Origin: an uncultured Thermoplasmatales archaeon
Lineage (GTDB): Archaea > Thermoplasmatota > E2 > DHVEG-1
NCBI GenBank assembly: GCA_964638155.1
Contig: CAZWYI010000006.1
Coordinates: forward strand, 5,949-69,948
DNA: 64,000 bases
Reading direction: 5' to 3'
The notes under the pieces were generated by a model. The model had not been told where the DNA came from. It did no database searches and saw only the letters and a program-made list of their open reading frames with translations. How positions within the stretch are numbered: position 1 is the stretch's first letter; each line of letters begins with the position of its first letter. Below are positions 18,494 through 29,231 of the stretch, in pieces. Position numbers and translations under genes: made by a program.

Positions 18494-20002
18494 ATGAAAG
18501 AATCACTAGATTTCATCTACAAACAGCAAAAAGAGCTATCAGTTCTTGGAGGAATTGGAGCTTTAATTGGCTGGGATCAAATGACCTATATGCCAAAGAA
18601 GGCTGCAATTGATAAATCAGAACAATCAGCACTTCTTTCAAAGATTGCACATAACAAAGTTATATCAAACAAATTCTGGAATCATATTGAAAAACTAAAC
18701 AAAGAAACAATATACAAAGATCTGTCAGAGAAAGACAAAAATGTTGTAAAAAGACTATATATAGATGTAGAAAAAGCTAGATGCGTTCCATCTAAGTTTG
18801 TAGAAAAAATGTCAAAGACTACAACTCTAGCCTATCAAGAATGGGAAAAAGCAAGAGAAAAAAATGATTACAAAAGTTTTTCTCCGCATCTTAAAAAAAT
18901 AATAGATTTAGAAAAAGAATACTGTACTTTTTTTGAAATACCTGGTCCAAGATATGATACTCTACTTGATGACTATGAAGAAGGAATGACTGTAGACAAA
19001 TTAAGAAAAGAATTTACTTATCTGAAAAAAGAGCTTATAAAAATACTTGATAAAATAAAGGATTCAAATGTTTACAAAAATCAAAAAGAAATTAATATTA
19101 AAATAAGCCCAGATGATCAAAAAAAACTGTGTAATAAAATAATTAAAAAAATGCTTCTTCCTGAAGATAAAACCCGTCTTGATGAATCAACCCATCCTTT
19201 TACTACAAGCATGGGTGATGACGATGTTAGAATTACTACAAGTTTTAAAAGAAAAGGACCTCTTTTTTCCTTTTTTTCAACAATACATGAGGCAGGACAT
19301 GCCTTATATGAACTAGGAATGCCAAAAGATGGATACAAAGATACTGTTATTTCTGATTCACCATCTCTTGGTCTACATGAATCTCAATCTCGGTTCTGGG
19401 AAAATATGATAGCTAGAAGTACTTTTTTCTGGAGTAATTTCTATCAAGATTTTAAAAAAACAAATCCTAGTTTTTTTAAAAAAATTGATTTTGATTACTG
19501 GTATAGAATGGTAAACTTGGTTAAACCCTCTTTTATTAGAGTAGAAGCAGATGAGTTAACCTATCCATTGCATGTGATACTTCGTTTTGAAATTGAAACA
19601 GATATGATGCAGGATAAAATTAGTGTAAAAGAGTTACCGCAGGTATGGAATGAAAAAATGGATGAAATGCTTGGAATCATTCCAGAGAATGACAATGATG
19701 GAATACTTCAGGATATGCACTGGAGTGGAGGGAATATAGGCTACTTTCCAACATATGCAATAGGTACGATATATTCAGCTCAGATTTACAATCAAATTTG
19801 TAAAGAAAATAAAAACATTGAATCTGAAATAGAAGAAGGTAATTTTAAAAATATTTTAAATTGGCTTAGGGGGAATATTCACAGTAAAGGGAGAAGTATG
19901 ATGGCTGATGATATTGTAAAGGAGTGCTGTGGAGAAGGGCTTAATTCAAAAGTATTTGTAGATTATATTAAAGAAAAATATTATGGAATATATCTTTCAT
20001 AA
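18494..20002 (+). CDS. M32 family carboxypeptidase (carboxypeptidase Taq-like)
   Basis: HEAGHALYE (HExxH) plus STHPFTTS and DVRITT motifs typical of M32; 502 aa. Confidence 0.85.
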   Translation: MKESLDFIYKQQKELSVLGGIGALIGWDQMTYMPKKAAIDKSEQSALLSKIAHNKVISNKFWNHIEKLNKETIYKDLSEKDKNVVKRLYIDVEKARCVPSKFVEKMSKTTTLAYQEWEKAREKNDYKSFSPHLKKIIDLEKEYCTFFEIPGPRYDTLLDDYEEGMTVDKLRKEFTYLKKELIKILDKIKDSNVYKNQKEINIKISPDDQKKLCNKIIKKMLLPEDKTRLDESTHPFTTSMGDDDVRITTSFKRKGPLFSFFSTIHEAGHALYELGMPKDGYKDTVISDSPSLGLHESQSRFWENMIARSTFFWSNFYQDFKKTNPSFFKKIDFDYWYRMVNLVKPSFIRVEADELTYPLHVILRFEIETDMMQDKISVKELPQVWNEKMDEMLGIIPENDNDGILQDMHWSGGNIGYFPTYAIGTIYSAQIYNQICKENKNIESEIEEGNFKNILNWLRGNIHSKGRSMMADDIVKECCGEGLNSKVFVDYIKEKYYGIYLS

Positions 20003-20014
20003 TTTTATTTCAGG

Positions 20015-20036
20015 GGTTCAAATCCCTTCCCCTGCA
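20015..20036 (+). repeat. 22-nt direct repeat GGTTCAAATCCCTTCCCCTGCA (tRNA T-arm/acceptor-3'-like), upstream copy
   Basis: Identical 22-mer at 29320..29341. It resembles a tRNA T-loop plus 3' acceptor strand, but no 5' half is present. Confidence 0.7.
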
Positions 20037-20053
20037 TTTTTATATGCTTTTTA

Positions 20054-20112
20054 ACAGGAGAAAAATATGATTTTATTCAATTTTATTCCCTTGCACGATT
20101 TCACCGGTGAAA
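20054..20112 (+). repeat. repeat motifs ACAGGAGAAAAA (20054-20065) and palindrome TTTCACCGGTGAAA (20099-20112), upstream copies
   Basis: Both motifs recur at 29284-29295 and 29303-29316 respectively. Confidence 0.6.
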
Positions 20113-20309
20113 ATTAATAAAGAGTAGAAAGTATATTCTCATATCTTTAATATTTTTCTTAAAAAATTACGCAAAATCTTTATATAACAAATTAATAGAG
20201 TTTGGTGAGTCTGCAATATTTTTTTTATATATGTGGATTTAATATTTCGTGAGGAGTAAGGGGTAGGTAAAATCATTAATTTAAGGTTTGAGTGGAGGTA
20301 TTTTTTGTG

Positions 20310-23300
20310 AATAAAAGCGGTGTATGTATTCTTATAGTATTGATGCTAGTGTTTTCTTTTGTTGGTGTGACAAATGCAGATTTTTTATCAGAAAATGATA
20401 TAGATGTCAATGGTTCTGATTCTAATTTTATTAATAAAGATTTTAATAGCATAGATGGTGTCCCTGATGGTCTTTCTGATGATGAATGGTCAGGTATTTT
20501 GGAAAGCATTGAAAATTATGATTATCAGCTTGGTTATGATGATCTTTTAGATTGTTATCATGCTGAGAATAGTGTTCATGGTTTAGATGTAAGGTTTGGT
20601 TCAGATGGTGGTGTTAAGACTGTTTTTTCTGATGAAAATTCTTTTTCGTTGAAACCAGTTGGTTTTGGTTATAGTGGTTTTTTATCGGGTTTGAGTAATG
20701 ATCCAGATGTTGAGGTAGGTTTTAATAGAATAGATTATAGTTACTCTGAAGATTTTATTGGTTGGTATAAAAATTCTGTTGATGGTTTGGAGCATGGTTT
20801 TGATATTCTTGAGCCGATTGAACCTCGTTTGAACTCTGAGATCTGTATTGAGATTTCTTATGATTCTAGTTTTACTGCTGAAAAAGTTGGTGATGGTATT
20901 GTGTTTTCTGATGAAAGTGGTGTTTCTCAGTTAAAATATGATAAACTTAAGGTTGTTGATGCAAAAGGAAGTACTCTTCCGTCTTCAATGAGTTTAGAAG
21001 AAGAAACAAGATCTATTTGTTTATCCTTTGATGACAGTGATGCGGTGTATCCTGTGGTTGTTGATCCATTGGTTACCAGTTTTGTAAAGAAAATTACTGC
21101 ATCTGATGGTGCAGCAGAGGATCGTTTTGGTTATTCCGTTTCTATATCTGGTGATACTATTGTAGTTGGTGCATATTGGGATGATGTTGATGGTAATACT
21201 GATCAGGGTTCGGCGTATGTGTTCACTCGGAATAATCAGACTATGGATGATTGGGGACAGGTAAAAAAACTTACTGTATCAGATGGTGCAGCAGAGGATT
21301 ATTTTGGTGGTTCTGTTTCTATTAGTGGTGATACATTGGTTGTTGGCGCATATAAAGATGATGTTGATGGTAATACTGATCAGGGTTCGGCGTATGTGTT
21401 CACTCGTAATAATCAGACTATGGATGATTGGGGCCGGGTAACGAAATTGACGGCGTCTGATGGTGCATCATCTGATCAATTTGGTGGTTCTGTTTCTATT
21501 AGTGGTGATACATTGGTTGTTGGTGCATCTTTTGATGATGTTGATGGTAATACTGATCAGGGTTCGGCGTATGTTTTTAGTCGTAATAATGGTAGTATGG
21601 ATGGTTGGGGTCAGGTAACGAAATTGACGGCTTCTGATGGTGCAGCATATGATTATTTTGGTTATTCTGTTTCTATTAGTGGCGATACATTGGTTGTTGG
21701 TGCATCTTATGATGATGTTGATGGTATTGCGGATCAGGGTTCGGCGTATGTTTTTAGTCGTAATAATGGAGGTATGGATGGTTGGGGTCAGGTAACAAAA
21801 TTGACGGCGTCTGATGGCGCAGAAGATGATTATTTTGGTTGGAGTGTTTCTATCAGTGGTGATACATTGGTTGTTGGCGCATATGGTGATGATGATGTTG
21901 ATGGTAATAATTTTCAGGGTTCGGCGTATGTGTTTACTCGTAATAATCAGACTATGGATGATTGGGGTCAGGTAACAAAGTTGACTGCTTCTGATGGTGC
22001 AGAAGATGATTGGTTTGGTACTTCTGTTTCTATCAGTGGTGATACGATCGTGGTTGGTGCAGATAAAGGTGATGGTGGTAATAGAAATCAGGGTTCGGCG
22101 TATGTGTTTACTCGTAATAATCAGACTATGGATGACTGGGGTCAGGTAACGAAATTGACGGCTTCTGATGGTGCAACACATGATTATTTTGGTTATTCTG
22201 TTTCTATTAGTGGCGATACATTGGTTGTTGGTGCATTTGGTGACGAATCTTTCTCTGGTTCTGCATATACTTACGTTATGGAAGGTGATGCTTGGACACA
22301 GATTGCTAAACCAGTTGCTTCTGATGGCGAAGAAGATGATTATTTTGGTTATTCTGTTTCAATTAGTGGCGATACGATTGTGGTTGGTGCAAGGGATGAT
22401 GATGGCTGTAAGGGTTCTGCGTATGTGTATACTCGTAATAATCTAACCGCAGACGACTGGGGTCAGGTGGTGAAGCTTACTGCTTCTGATGGTGAAGCAG
22501 GTGATGAGTTTGGTTGTTCTCTTTCTATATCTGGTGATACGATTGTGGTTGGTGCACATTGGGATGATAATCCTGATAGATCTGGTTCTGCGTATGTATA
22601 TACGCGGAATAATGAAACTGCTGATGACTGGGGTGAGGTAACAAAACTTACTGCATCAGATGGTGAAGCAAGTGATTATTTTGGTTATTCTGTTTCAATT
22701 AGTGGCGATACGATTGTTGTCGGTGCATATGGTGATGATGATGGTGGTGATTATCAGGGTTCTGCGTATGTATTCGTTCGTAATAATCAGACTGCAGATG
22801 ACTGGGGGCAGGCAGCAAAACTGAATGCTTCTGATGGCGAAGAAGATGATTATTTTGGTCGTTCTGTTTCAATTAGTGGTGATACGATTGTGGTTGGATC
22901 AGATGGTGATGATGATAATGGTGGTGAGTCTGGTTCTGCGTATGTATATACGCGGAATAATGAAACCGCTGATGACTGGGGTGAGGTAACAAAACTTACT
23001 GCATCAGATGGTGCAGCAGATGATGAGTTTGGTCATTCTGTTTCTATATCTGGTGATACGATTGTGGTTGGTGCATATTATGATGATGATAATGGTCTTA
23101 GTTCTGGTTCTGCGTATGTGTTCACGCGGAATAATCAAACCGCAGATGACTGGGGTGAGGTAACAAAATTAACTGCATCTGATGGTGCGGAATTTGATAA
23201 TTTTGGTTGTAGTGTTTCAATATCTGGTGATACGATTGTTGTCGGCGCCAATTATGATGATGATAATGGTGATAATTCTGGTTCTGCATATGTTTTTACT

Positions 23301-26300
23301 CGTAATCAAGGGGGTGCTGATAGTTGGGGTCAGGTAAATAAGTTGACTGCGTCTGATGGAGAAGCACAGGATGTTTTTGGTTGGTCTGTTTCTATTAGTG
23401 GTGATACTATTGTTGTTGGAGCAAGAGATGGTGATGGTGAAGGAACTAATTCTGGTGCTGCGTATGTTTATTATGAATATTCAATTCCCCCCCCACTTGA
23501 CCCACCAACAAGTTTTAAGGCAAACTCAGTAAATTCCACAAAAATAGATTTATCCTGGACTAAAGCATCAACAGCTTCACATACACATATACAACGAAAC
23601 ACAGGTAGCTATCCAACCAGTATCACTGATGGAACCACAGTATACAATGGAACCGCTTCAACCTACTCAGATACTAGTTTAACAGAAGGAACAACATATT
23701 ATTACCGTGCTTGGAGTTATAATGCAACTGATAACGAATATAGCAGCAGCTATGTCTCAGCAACAAGCACAGCAAATAATATTCCAATGATATCAGGCGA
23801 ATCTCCAAGTAATGAAAGTACGAATATAGATCCTCTTACAATATCTTCAATATCAATAAATGACTCTGATAGCGATACCATGAACATCACCTGGTACAGC
23901 AACACCAGCGGATCATGGACTGTTTTTGGAACAAACAACAGTGTTTCAAATGGTACATATCATCAGACCAACAACAATTTCAGTTCATATAATGAAACAT
24001 ATTACTGGAATGTAACGGTAACTGATGGTAAAGATACTAACTCCAGTAACATTTTTTATTTTTCCACAAAAATAGGATCGCCCACGGTAACAACAAACAG
24101 TTCAACAGGGATAGAAGAAACCAATGTTACCCTACAAGGATATCTTTCATCAAATGGTGGAGAAGCATGTACGGTCCGATTTGAATATGGTACTACTAGT
24201 GATTATGGGACTAATACCAGTAATCAGACAAAAAACAGTGGACAAGAATATTCAGAGGAAATAACTGGGTTGACTGAAGGTCAACTTTATCATTATCGGG
24301 CATATGCAAACAATACCGCAGGGAGTAATACTGGTAGTGATATGACCCTGCTGACTAAACCAGAAGTGCCAACAAACCTACAAGCCCAAACAAACAGTAG
24401 CTCTCTGATTTATCTTACTTGGACAACGGCAGATGGGGCGAATAATACCTATATTGAACGAAATACAGCAGCAGACTGGGCACGAAGCACGGGTTCAGAA
24501 GTGTATAATGGTAGTTTATCCTCTTATGAAAACACAGGGCTTACTGATGGTACAACCTACTATTACCAGGCATGGTCATATACCAATTGGAGTGATCTGC
24601 ATCAATATTCAGATGATAATGATAGTGCATTTAATACAACAAAACATGTACCAACTCTGACGGGTGAATCACCCAGTAACCAAACAACAAATGTAAACCC
24701 ATTACCCACCTGTTCAATCACCGTTAATGACCTTGATGGTGATAATATGGATCTTACCTGGTATAGTAATTCATCAGGGCCATGGGTGGTATTTGGGTCT
24801 AACACCAGTGTTAGTAATGGTACATATTATCAGACGAATAGTAATTTCAGCAGTTATAATACCACTTATTATTGGAATGTAACCGTGAATGATAGCAATG
24901 ATACTAACAATAGTGATATTTTCTGGTTTACCATAAGAAAGCATTATCTGCCGGATCCACCAAATAGTTTTACTGCCACTGTTAACAGTTCAACTGAATT
25001 GTATCTTTCTTGGTCAAAAGGAACGAATACATCATTTACGAGAATACAGCGAAAAACCAGTGGTTATCCAAACAGCATAAGTGATGGAACAAATATCTAT
25101 AATGATACTGGTTCGTCATATTCTGATACTGGTCGTTCTGAAGGAACCACTTATTATTATCGTGCTTGGAGCTATAATGTCACAGATGGTTTATGGTCAA
25201 CCAATAACGCTAGTGCTGCAAATACAACCAACTCTATACCAGTTATAACGAATGAAGGACCAAGTAATGAGAGCACAAATATTGATCCCATACCGCAGAT
25301 GAACATCACCATAAATGATATTGATGGTGATAGTATGAATCTTACTTGGTATAGTAATTCTTCAGGGTCATGGGTTATCTTTGGAACAAATAATAGTGTG
25401 GGTAATGGTACGTATCATCAGACTAATAGTAATTTCAGTAGTTATAATACCACATATTACTGGAATATCACAGTAACAGATGAAAAAGATACAAACACAA
25501 GCTCTGTTTTCTGTTTTACAATTAGAAATCAGTATATTCCTGATCCTGCGGATACTTTTACCGCGACAACAATAAACAGTACAAAAATTAATCTAGAATG
25601 GGACAAAGGATCCAATGCAGATTATACAAGAATTCAACGAAAAACCAATGTTTATCCCACAGGTATAAGTGATGGCACCAATATCTACAACGACACCAGC
25701 ACCTCATATAACGACACTGGCCTTACACAAGGAACCACTTATCACTATCGAGCATGGAGCTATAATAATACTGATAACTCATGGTCAGAAACTAATATTT
25801 CAGTTTATAATACCACAAATTATCTACCAATCATAACTGCAGAATCACCAGATGATGAAAGTACAAATATTAACATTCTACCTACTCTTGCTATAACCGT
25901 AAATGATTTTGAAGAAGACACCATGAATGTTACATGGCGGTGGAACAATAGTGGTACATGGAATATTTTTGGAACAAACAATAGTATCGGCAACGGAACG
26001 TATTATCAAACTAATAGTAATTTCAGTAGTTATAATATCACATATTACTGGAATGTAACTGTGAGTGATAGTACGAATACGAACATTAGCTCTGTTTATC
26101 AGTTCACCATTAAAAACAATGATGTCATCCGGGTTGATCCAAATAAACCAGATGATTGGTATGATGATCTTCATGTGAGAAATATCACTGAAGCAATAAA
26201 CAATGTAACTGAAAATGGAACATTGTATGTTTGGGAAGGAACGTACAATGAAACACTGACCATTAATAAATCAATAAACATCGTTGGCAATGGAACCGGT

Positions 26301-29225
26301 AGTACGATTATTGATGGTGGGGAGAATGGTAGTGTTATCACGGTTAATGCAGATAATGTAAGTATCTCAGGGTTCACTATTCAAAATAGTTCTAATTCAA
26401 GTGGAAGTGCAGGGATACAGATCAATGGGAATCATACCACGGTTTCAAATACAACTATTTCAGATTCCTGGAATGGGATCATCTGCGGGAATCGTAGTTT
26501 TCCAACCACTAATAACACTTTTGAAAACAATACGTTTACCAATAACAGTGATGGTGCAGGAATCCTGGTAACGAATACATCAGATGGAACCAGTATTAGA
26601 AACAATACCTTCCAACATAATTATGATGGTGTTAAAGTAACATCAGATAACATTACAATTGATAATAACACTATCCAGAATTCAACTAATAACGGAATAA
26701 ACCTTGAAGATAGTAATGATTCTACAATCACCAATAATATCTGTAACCAAAACCAGTATGGTATTGTTCTCAATAATACCAATGTTATAACTATTCATAC
26801 AAACAATGTTTCAGATAATACAAAGGCTGGATTATTTTTTACAGATACATATAATACGACAACATATAATAATTATTTAGATAACATTAATCAGACATTG
26901 TTTTCTGGTTTAAATATCGATACTGTTTGGAATACAACAAAAACAAGTGGTACAAACATTATTGGTGGAAACTATCTTGGCGGTAATTACTGGAGTGACT
27001 ATAATGGGTACGATACCGATGGCGATGGACTTGGAAATCTAAACTATACTATTAACCAAACACATAATTTCTATGATATATTAGCATTAACAGTTGCAAA
27101 TATGGAGTCTGTACCAGGGGGTATAAACCCTGCAAATGGAAGTAGTAACCAGAATCCACATAGTTTAAACTGGACAATAGCAATTAGTGATTCAGATGGA
27201 GATCTATTTGACTGGACAATAGAATGTGCAGGTCAGAGTAATACTGGTTCAAACGAAGAAAATGGTACAAAAAATATAGTTCTAACATCACTGTCATATA
27301 ACACAACATACAAAGTATATGTTAATGTGTCAGATGGAACATGTTGGGTGAATGAAAGCTATAATTTTTCAACAAGAACTCAGTATCTGCCAACCCTGCC
27401 AACTAGTTTTACTGCAACAACAATAAACCCTGTAAATATCACTTTAACATGGTCTAAAGGAACAAATACGGATTACACCCGGATACAAAGGAAAACAACA
27501 GAGTATCCTGAAACCATTTCAGATGGAACAAATGTGGCAAACACTACAGGTACAACACATTCAGATACAGTATCTGAAGGAGATACCTACTACTACCGTG
27601 CATGGAGCTATAATATTACTGATAACGTATGGTCGACAAACAACGCTAGTGATTACAATATCACAACATATTACGCAGATATTCCTAGTAAAACTCCTGT
27701 AAATGATTCTACGGGTGTTTCATTATTGCCTGTTTTGCAGGTTTCTGCAAACGACTCTGATGGTGATACTATGAATATAACATGGTATAGCAATAGCAGT
27801 GGCACTTGGCAGGTTTTTGGAACAAACAATAGCGTTTCAAATGGAACATATAGTATGAGTAACAGTAACTTTAGCCAGTATTCAACAAAATATTTCTGGA
27901 AAGTAACAATTTTTGATGGAACTTATTGGGTAAATAATACTTATTGTTTTACAACTATTGCAAACAATCTACCTATTCAATCAAATCATACTATTGTAAA
28001 CAGCAGTATAAGTTACAATCTATCTTTGAATACTACCATTTCGGCACTATATCCATCTTATCTATCAATTGATTTTTCAGATGAAGAAAATCATTCAATG
28101 GCAATCAACATCATTACAAATGCATCTGGCACTTGGCAGGTTGTTAATTCAAGTTCAGGGCTGTCTAATGGCACGTATAAAGCATATAATTTCTCATGGA
28201 TCAATCAATCTAGCACAACATATTATTTGTGGGTCAATCTTTCTGATGGACATGATTGGAATAACAAATCATACACAATAACGACACTTGGCGAATATGT
28301 ACCATTTAAACCAATTAGTTTTACTGCAACTGCGGCAAGTTCAAGTAAAATCAATTTAGCTTGGACAAAAGGAAACAAAGCTAATAAAACCTATATTAGA
28401 TACAAGGAGGGATCAACTGCACCAGTTAATCGTTCTGATGGAACACTACTTTATAATGGAACAGATACATCTACTAGTGCAACATCCCTTTCATCAAGTA
28501 CTACATATAGTTTTAAAGCCTGGAGTTACAATGACTCTGGAAACTGTTTTAGCATATTCAACTCGACTTGCAGTGCTACATCAAATTCAGCAAGTACTGG
28601 TGGTACTACTTCACCTGGTACTGGAACTACAGCTCCATCAGATGATCCTGAGGATTCAGATGGTGATGGTATTCCTGATGAGGAGGATGAATTCCCTGAT
28701 GATCCCAGTGAATCAAAGGATTCAGATGGTGATGGAATAGGTGATAACTCTGATAACAGCCCAGAGGTTCCTAATCCTGATCAGACTGATAATGATAATG
28801 ATGGTGTAGGTGATGCAAGTGATACGGATGATGATAACGATGGTGTTTCTGATGATATGGAAGAAGAAATAGGTAGTGATCCTAAAACAGATGGTGATGT
28901 TGAAGATATTGATCCTTTTATTTCAGATAGTTATGTTGCTGATACCAATGGTGATGGCAGATATGATAAGTTCTATAATTCTAGTTCTGGTGTTAAAACA
29001 GATGTTATGTATGTGGAATCAGAAGGTTATTATATAGATAGTGATGGCGATGGATCCTGGGATTATGTTTATAATCCAACAGATGGAAGTCTTACTCCTG
29101 CTGAAGAAGAAACAACAGATGGGGGTAACTTATGGTTTATAATTGGTGGTGCTCTTGTCGGTGTTTTAGTATTGCTATTTATTATTATTTTTGTCTTTAA
29201 AAGACGTAAAAAAGACAAAAAATAA
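20310..29225 (+). CDS. giant (~2970 aa) surface protein: signal peptide, ~14 FG-GAP/integrin-alpha-like propeller repeats, ~7 FN3 + accessory-module repeats, right-handed parallel beta-helix (NosD/pectin-lyase-like), thrombospondin type-3 Ca-binding repeats, C-terminal TM anchor with a basic tail
   Basis: GTG start at 20310, 8 nt after a GGAGGT RBS; signal NKSGVCILIVLMLVFSFVGVTNA. FG-GAP units SAYVFTRNN…DWGQVTKLTASDG…FGYSVSISGDTLVVGA. FN3-like units …YRAWSYN…. Beta-helix repeats N.S.GI.L…N.I.NN. TSP3 repeats DSDGDGIPDEEDEFPDDP. C-terminus LWFIIGGALVGVLVLLFIIIFVFKRRKKDKK. The ORF track's start is 20292. Confidence 0.85.
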   Translation, partial: NKSGVCILIVLMLVFSFVGVTNADFLSENDIDVNGSDSNFINKDFNSIDGVPDGLSDDEWSGILESIENYDYQLGYDDLLDCYHAENSVHGLDVRFGSDGGVKTVFSDENSFSLKPVGFGYSGFLSGLSNDPDVEVGFNRIDYSYSEDFIGWYKNSVDGLEHGFDILEPIEPRLNSEICIEISYDSSFTAEKVGDGIVFSDESGVSQLKYDKLKVVDAKGSTLPSSMSLEEETRSICLSFDDSDAVYPVVVDPLVTSFVKKITASDGAAEDRFGYSVSISGDTIVVGAYWDDVDGNTDQGSAYVFTRNNQTMDDWGQVKKLTVSDGAAEDYFGGSVSISGDTLVVGAYKDDVDGNTDQGSAYVFTRNNQTMDDWGRVTKLTASDGASSDQFGGSVSISGDTLVVGASFDDVDGNTDQGSAYVFSRNNGSMDGWGQVTKLTASDGAAYDYFGYSVSISGDTLVVGASYDDVDGIADQGSAYVFSRNNGGMDGWGQVTKLTASDGAEDDYFGWSVSISGDTLVVGAYGDDDVDGNNFQGSAYVFTRNNQTMDDWGQVTKLTASDGAEDDWFGTSVSISGDTIVVGADKGDGGNRNQGSAYVFTRNNQTMDDWGQVTKLTASDGATHDYFGYSVSISGDTLVVGAFGDESFSGSAYTYVMEGDAWTQIAKPVASDGEEDDYFGYSVSISGDTIVVGARDDDGCKGSAYVYTRNNLTADDWGQVVKLTASDGEAGDEFGCSLSISGDTIVVGAHWDDNPDRSGSAYVYTRNNETADDWGEVTKLTASDGEASDYFGYSVSISGDTIVVGAYGDDDGGDYQGSAYVFVRNNQTADDWGQAAKLNASDGEEDDYFGRSVSISGDTIVVGSDGDDDNGGESGSAYVYTRNNETADDWGEVTKLTASDGAADDEFGHSVSISGDTIVVGAYYDDDNGLSSGSAYVFTRNNQTADDWGEVTKLTASDGAEFDNFGCSVSISGDTIVVGANYDDDNGDNSGSAYVFTRNQGGADSWGQVNKLTASDGEAQDVFGWSVSISGDTIVVGARDGDGEGTNSGAAYVYYEYSIPPPLDPPTSFKANSVNSTKIDLSWTKASTASHTHIQRNTGSYPTSITDGTTVYNGTASTYSDTSLTEGTTYYYRAWSYNATDNEYSSSYVSATSTANNIPMISGESPSNESTNIDPLTISSISINDSDSDTMNITWYSNTSGSWTVFGTNNSVSNGTYHQTNNNFSSYNETYYWNVTVTDGKDTNSSNIFYFSTKIGSPTVTTNSSTGIEETNVTLQGYLSSNGGEACTVRFEYGTTSDYGTNTSNQTKNSGQEYSEEITGLTEGQLYHYRAYANNTAGSNTGSDMTLLTKPEVPTNLQAQTNSSSLIYLTWTTADGANNTYIERNTAADWARSTGSEVYNGSLSSYENTGLTDGTTYYYQAWSYTNWSDLHQYSDDNDSAFNTTKHVPTLTGESPSNQTTNVNPLPTCSITVNDLDGDNMDLTWYSNSSGPWVVFGSNTSVSNGTYYQTNSNFSSYNTTYYWNVTVNDSNDTNNSDIFWFTIRKHYLPDPPNSFTATVNSSTELYLSWSKGTNTSFTRIQRKTSGYPNSISDGTNIYNDTGSSYSDTGRSEGTTYYYRAWSYNVTDGLWSTNNASAANTTNSIPVITNEGPSNESTNIDPIPQMNITINDIDGDSMNLTWYSNSSGSWVIFGTNNSVGNGTYHQTNSNFSSYNTTYYWNITVTDEKDTNTSSVFCFTIRNQYIPDPADTFTATTINSTKINLEWDKGSNADYTRIQRKTNVYPTGISDGTNIYNDTSTSYNDTGLTQGTTYHYRAWSYNNTDNSWSETNISVYNTTNYLPIITAESPDDESTNINILPTLAITVNDFEEDTMNVTWRWNNSGTWNIFGTNNSIGNGTYYQTNSNFSSYNITYYWNVTVSDSTNTNISSVYQFTIKNNDVIRVDPNKPDDWYDDLHVRNITEAINNVTENGTLYVWEGTYNETLTINKSINIVGNGTGSTIIDGGENGSVITVNADNVSISGFTIQNSSNSSGSAGIQINGNHTTVSNTTISDSWNGIICGNRSFPTTNNTFENNTFTNNSDGAGILVTNTSDGTSIRNNTFQHNYDGVKVTSDNITIDNNTIQNSTNNGINLEDSNDSTITNNICNQNQYGIVLNNTNVITIHTNNVSDNTKAGLFFTDTYNTTTYNNYLDNINQTLFSGLNIDTVWNTTKTSGTNIIGGNYLGGNYWSDYNGYDTDGDGLGNLNYTINQTHNFYDILALTVANMESVPGGINPANGSSNQNPHSLNWTIAISDSDGDLFDWTIECAGQSNTGSNEENGTKNIVLTSLSYNTTYKVYVNVSDGTCWVNESYNFSTRTQYLPTLPTSFTATTINPVNITLTWSKGTNTDYTRIQRKTTEYPETISDGTNVANTTGTTHSDTVSEGDTYYYRAWSYNITDNVWSTNNASDYNITTYYADIPSKTPVNDSTGVSLLPVLQVSANDSDGDTMNITWYSNSSGTWQVFGTNNSVSNGTYSMSNSNFSQYSTKYFWKVTIFDGTYWVNNTYCFTTIANNLPIQSNHTIVNSSISYNLSLNTTISALYPSYLSIDFSDEENHSMAINIITNASGTWQVVNSSSGLSNGTYKAYNFSWINQSSTTYYLWVNLSDGHDWNNKSYTITTLGEYVPFKPISFTATAASSSKINLAWTKGNKANKTYIRYKEGSTAPVNRSDGTLLYNGTDTSTSATSLSSSTTYSFKAWSYNDSGNCFSIFNSTCSATSNSASTGGTTSPGTGTTAPSDDPEDSDGDGIPDEEDEFPDDPSESKDSDGDGIGDNSDNSPEVPNPDQTDNDNDGVGDASDTDDDNDGVSDDMEEEIGSDPKTDGDVEDIDPFISDSYVADTNGDGRYDKFYNSSSGVKTDVMYVESEGYYIDSDGDGSWDYVYNPTDGSLTPAEEETTDGGNLWFIIGGALVGVLVLLFIIIFVFKRRKKDKK
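21090..23470 (+). repeat. intragenic tandem nucleotide repeats (~170-nt unit) encoding the FG-GAP blades
   Basis: Near-identical stretches such as ggttcggcgtatgtgtt[c/t]actcg[g/t]aataatcagactatggatga[t/c]tgggg at ~21211, 21391, 21921 and 22091. Confidence 0.7.
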
Positions 29226-29231
29226 AATACA

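Noticed and set aside
20012-20036. A possible tRNA gene, suggested by the GGTTCAAATCC T-loop-like sequence plus an acceptor-like 3' end
   Set aside because: No complementary 5' acceptor strand (GCAGGGG…), D-arm or anticodon arm lies within 80 nt upstream at either copy (20012-20036 or 29317-29341). It is a 3' fragment or repeat only.
21468-22181. 237-aa minus-strand ORF, plus other antisense or alternate-frame ORFs inside the giant gene (22168-22446, 23750-23938, 24433-24805, 25878-26377, 28069-28740)
   Set aside because: They are low-complexity translations of the repeat region on the wrong strand or frame (runs of I/T/R/N). The sense strand carries a coherent multidomain protein.
21090-26100. 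Tandem repeats that might be mistaken for a CRISPR array or satellite
   Set aside because: The repeats are in-frame coding units of the giant protein (FG-GAP blades, then FN3 modules). They have variable, protein-constrained sequence rather than identical short repeats with unique spacers.
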